Shown here: piece after piece, positions 8,619-12,706 of the stretch
Position numbering within the stretch: position 1 is the first letter of the stretch
Layout of the letters: each line of letters starts with the position of its first letter
From: Octopus sinensis
Lineage: Eukaryota
Length of the DNA stretch: 12,706 bases
Reading direction: 5' to 3'
Assembly: GCF_006345805.1 (NCBI RefSeq)
Contig: NW_021826497.1
Span: 1-12,706 of the forward strand
Program-made: the position numbers and the translations under genes
Notes under the pieces: generated by a model
Database searches by the model: none
What the model was told of the DNA's origin: nothing
Seen by the model: the letters and a program-made list of their open reading frames with translations, nothing else

Positions 8619-9348
8619 TTGTCAGCACACAGTTGACCGTATTCAAAGACGACACATTCAGTCATCAGTAAGCGGATCCCAGACTTTACTTCCAATCTAG
8701 TAGACTGTACAGATCACAGACTCCTGATCTATGTAGCTAATTAATGTAGTGGACGAAGTATTCGCTGACCTTATCACTACCATGTAGATGATCCGGTTTC
8801 GTTTTTTCACGAAGTCTACATTGGCACATTTGGGAAATTCAATTATTTTATTTCTGCAAATACTGCTTGAGAAATATAACCTGTTACCTGACCCTTCTGC
8901 CTGGATCCCAAAGTTCTTGGTCTAGCAGATGGGTACTAAATTTAAACCTAGTTTTTAATTTTCATCACGGCTATGACCACACTTCCAAACATTTCCAAGG
9001 CTTCACATGCTTACACAACTCGTCTGTGATGTTTGCGAATGGAAGATTTCATTTAAACAATATTCGGGTTAAACAGGCAAACTAGTTTTAGGTATTGTTC
9101 AAAGGTTTGTTGCGAACTTTTTATGGGCAGGATTGATTTTGAACTCACCATATCATGTGTAAAGTCCAGAAGAAAGCGTTTGTAGTTTCCAGAAGTCGTC
9201 AGTTGGCTCTTTGGAGAGGAATAGCCATACCATTTACTAGTGAAGCGGAAGATGGCAATTGTGATCAGCACTTTCGTTTGCCTTATGGCAAAATTACTTA
9301 TAGTTACTAGTTTTAAATGTTAGCCATCAGTGAGATTATATTTTCCAG

Positions 9349-9415
9349 GACGCAAACTCTCGCTATCGTAGGTTTCTATGACAGGGTGATTGGAGTAGAG
9401 AATACCGTTGAGAAG
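9349..9415 (+). CDS. Candidate internal coding exon (phase 2 to 0), TQTLAIVGFYDRVIGVENTVEK; product unidentified
   Basis: Acceptor attatattttccag|G and near-consensus donor AAG|gtgagc. The exon is 67 nt with a single open frame, and its phase matches the 3829-3922 candidate (AG|G = Arg). Confidence 0.5.
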
Positions 9416-9858
9416 GTGAGCTTCAGTAGAGCTCTGATCCAGACTAAATAGCTACATGCCACAGCCAACAGAAATCATAAACTCTGTCTACCAACTGTGT
9501 ACAGTATATATTAAGTGAAATATTTGGCACACCGTGTCTTATGTACCCTCTTTCTTTTATGTTGTCTATTTCGTTATTTATTTAGCAATAGTAACATGAC
9601 ACTGAAGCTTCTCTCAAATGAGCAGCACTTTATTTCGTGTCAACGCTGGAGTTATTGTGTTTACCTGTTATACCTTAATACATTATAACACTGCATTGAA
9701 ATTATGCATGAGCTGCGAAATAAATTGTTCGTTCTTCGAATAGCTTTAAATAGAAAAAAATATGAATTGGAATGTGGCGGATTTATGGCTTTCTCGGGTA
9801 ATGTCAGTCCATCAAAGTCTATAAATCTGGTCATCATATCATCTTTCGGTTTCTGCAG

Positions 9859-9891
9859 ATGGAAACAATAACAATCCAGATTTTTATCTAA
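9859..9891 (+). CDS. Candidate terminal coding exon (phase 0), METITIQIFI*, followed by an AU-rich 3'UTR-like region
   Basis: Strong acceptor tcatatcatctttcggtttctgcag|A; in phase with the 9349-9415 exon; no donor nearby; AATAAA hexamers downstream near 10230 and 10394. Confidence 0.3.
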   Translation: METITIQIFI

Positions 9892-10534
9892 TATGAAATC
9901 ACTATATTTATTTTCATTTTATTATTTGTATATTGAGATACTGTTGAAAATTACGTCTTGAAATGCTATTTTTGTCAAATGTAATTTCCCTGATAAAAAG
10001 ATGTATAATTCCCTTTTACTTTAATAAGATTCATATTTGTTTCCCTGCAATTTGATGCTCATCTCATTTAATTTGTTGAAGATTCCGGAAAGATATGTGA
10101 TGTCAATACTTTAGCTTACTTGATCATTACAGATTTCTCATTACACAGCTTTTTAAAAATATCTAAAATAGTATCTAGAAATATCAAGAATGTGTCACAG
10201 ACAATTTCCCTTACTAAACCATGAATCTCAATAAAGGATGTTTGAATTCTTGTTCATTTTCATAGCAATATTTCCAGAAAAAATGAGTATTTAACAGTTG
10301 AGGTTTTTTAAAACTTATAAACAAATTTAGTAACATTATACAAACTTTTGTTCTCTACCTATGAAATATTTTGCAGTTAAATGTTGACCATTAATAAAGA
10401 ATTAATTGTGAAGATAATTGGAGCTTCTTTTAGATAAGCGCCAAATCCGCGATGGTGACCAATCATACTAAGCGTTCAACCAGTTTCGTATGAAATAACA
10501 TTTACCATGACAATATACTTTTATTAAAATGTAT

Positions 10535-10953
10535 AGGAGTGGCTGTGTGGTAAGTAGCTTGTTTAACAACCACATGGTTCCGGGTTCAGTCCCACTGCAT
10601 GGTACCTTGGGCAAGTGTCTTCTACTATAGCCTCGGGTCGACCAAAGCCTTGTGAGTGGATCTGGTAGACGGAAACTGAAAGAAGCCCGTCGTATATATG
10701 TATATATGTATATATATATATATTATATGTGTGTGTGTGTGTTTGTGTGTCTGTGTTTGTTCCCCCAACATCGCTTGACAACCGATGCTGGTGTGTTTAC
10801 GTCACCGTAACTTAGCGGTTCGGAAAAAGAGTCCGATAGAATAAGTACTAGGCTTACAAAGAATAAATCCTGGTGTCGATTTGCTCGACTAAAGGTGGTG
10901 CTCCAGCATGGCCACAGTCAAATGACTGAAAGAAGTAAAAAAGTAAAAGAGTA
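10535..10953 (+). mobile_element. Composite tRNA-derived SINE: tRNA head, CORE-like block, internal (TA)n(TG)n, 3' domain and short AAGAGTA-like tail
   Basis: A-box tggctgtgtggt; B-box gggttcagtccc; ccttgggcaagtgtctt matches the start of the CORE domain; internal microsatellite about 10693-10760; tail gaaagaagtaaaaaagtaaaagagta. No TSD is evident. Confidence 0.85.
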
Positions 10954-11177
10954 CTCTTTCAGTCATGGAATGTTTTATGCCAGTTATCAACTTTTCGATA
11001 AATAAAAACCCTCCTAGTTCTTATTGATTAATATTTGAATAAGGCACATAGGTAAATATCAATGCTTGCACATTGAGTCCTTTGTTGGAATTGTAACAAA
11101 TTTCTACCATTTCGAAATCACTGCAAATTTCATTTTACCAATCATATACCATTTCATCAATCAGACGATTTGATTCA

Positions 11178-11427
11178 GGACTGGCGAGCCAGATGGTTGC
11201 ACCAGGCTCAAATCTGATCTGGCAGAGTTTCTACAGCTGGATGCCTTTCATAATGCCAACCTCTCCGAGAATGTAGTAAGTGCCACCAGCATGAGGGCCT
11301 GTCAAGCGGTACTGGCAATGGCCACGCTCAAATGGTGTTTTCTACATGCCACCTGCACAGAAGCCAGTCCAGCGGCACTGGCAACGACCTTGCTCGAATA
11401 TTGTTTTCCATGTGCCACCAGCGCAAG
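11178..11427 (+). mobile_element. RTE-clade LINE 3' tail (or derived non-autonomous element) fragment
   Basis: Contains gtttctacagctggatgcctttcataatgccaac, close to the ggatgcccttcct..cgccaac motif I recall from RTE-type 3' ends, enclosed by a tggca/tgcca inverted pair. Tandem 66-bp units follow. Confidence 0.6.
11281..11427 (+). repeat. 66-bp tandem repeat, about 2.2 units, each starting tgccacc
   Basis: Units start at 11281, 11347 and 11413 and share tgccacc.gc...gcc.gtc.agcgg.actggcaa.g.cc..gctc.aat...gtttt. Confidence 0.85.
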
Positions 11428-11784
11428 ATACATTCATGCTGATATTGACCTATTGCTAAGAAGAAAAAGGAAAATATTAATGATATTATATTATCTACCA
11501 AACTCCATTTACAGCTGCGCAGACGAAGGTTTCGCCAACAGAATATGCATTTTAGGATTCGGTGATCAATTTTGAAATTAAGTTCAATATAACAAATCAG
11601 TTCTTTTCATGGCAAATTTCTTTACTATCAACTCATAAATTATAAATCAATTTTTAAATTTTATTTATTGTTAATTCCGGAAGCAGCATACATCTTGTTC
11701 TAGCGCAGCAAAAACTGCTTCTAGCTTCAGCGTAATAATGTATAGATTCAACCGAAAAACGTTTTAAACTGAATGGTGTTCAAT

Positions 11785-11960
11785 GTATCTATCAATCAAT
11801 CTATCTATTTATCTATACATACATACATATATTCAAACTAATATATATATATATATATTATATATATATATATATATATGTGCGTGTGTGCGTGTGGTGT
11901 TTGTGTGTATATGTGCATTTATGTATATATGTACATCTATCTATTTATCTATATCTATCT
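11785..11960. repeat. (TCTA)n/(TA)n/(TG)n microsatellite field
   Basis: Directly visible. Confidence 0.9.
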
Positions 11961-12480
11961 ATGAAAGGATTAGAGACAAACACTTTCCTCTCTGGTCAAT
12001 CTCTCATCAACCTCTTCAAGTATCACTTGAAAAAAAAGTGAGGGCAGAGAGGCAAGTTTTATCTAGGGAATGTTTCAAAAAAGATGGGTGAATGTAAGAA
12101 GGATGGCACGTATGAATGACGAAGCCACCTTGAGCATAATCCTATGAACCCGGAAAAATTTAAAGCAGAGAGTTACTTACTTGCAAATAAATGTGTTAAC
12201 ATGTGACATTATTGACCGAAGTTACTGTGGTCTTTTCAGTAGGCTTTTCTTTCCACGGATAAACCTTATCTACTTCCCCCTTTACACATTACATCATGAC
12301 ATTTCTGTGATATACGATCCCTATTGATCGTTTTTGTTTTCTTTTTTTTTCTCTCTCATTTTACGATCCCTTTTGATCGAAAACCTACCCCTTTTTATTT
12401 TTATTTTTCTCCCCAAAAGGAAAAGCTCTACTTTGTAATTTGTCCTCTCTGTGTTCAGCCCTGTGTGGCTAATAAAGAAA

Positions 12481-12508
12481 CATATCTATCTATCCATCTA
12501 TCTATCTA

Positions 12509-12558
<50 letters not shown>

Positions 12559-12632
12559 ATCTATCTAATATATATATTATATATATATAATATATATACA
12601 CATAATATATATATATATAGATATATATATAT

Positions 12633-12702
<70 letters not shown>

Positions 12703-12706
12703 TACA
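12481..12706. repeat. (TCTA)n followed by (TA)n, running off the window end
   Basis: Directly visible. Confidence 0.95.

Noticed and set aside
9170-9210. Minus-strand CUGACGA-CUUCUG-GAAAC hammerhead-like core
   Set aside because: There is no GUH/helix III and no helix I complement.
9349-9410. BEL/Pao RT-like reading DANSRYRRFL*QGDWSREYR
   Set aside because: Downstream RT motifs are not at the expected spacing; treated as coincidence pending a search.
7924-10600. tRNA genes at the A/B-box-containing heads
   Set aside because: They do not fold into cloverleaves and they continue into SINE bodies and tails.
11281-12379. CRISPR-like reading of the 66-bp units or the twin 18-bp palindromes
   Set aside because: Eukaryotic context, only 2-3 units, homologous 'spacers' in the 66-bp array and no cas genes.

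Overview
AT-rich, microsatellite-saturated animal genomic DNA. The repeat content resembles that of octopus/cephalopod genomes; this is recognised from memory, not from a search. No intact long gene is present. Most listed ORFs are translations of simple repeats. Supportable content: (1) a decayed, 5'-truncated Penelope-like retroelement (linker, Cys motif and GIY-YIG endonuclease; 4231-4841 +); (2) a nearby antisense pLTR-like segment carrying a degenerate minimal hammerhead-ribozyme motif (5562-5599 -); (3) six tRNA-derived SINE copies from three families, including a head-to-tail trimer inside an (ATT)n tract; (4) an RTE-type 3'-tail fragment built of 66-bp hairpin-bearing units; (5) a faint Tc1/mariner-type transposase remnant (337-600); (6) a tentative + strand spliced gene of three phase-compatible exons (3829-3922, 9349-9415, 9859-9891) whose product I cannot identify. 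All family names and structures were assigned by eye and need computational confirmation.
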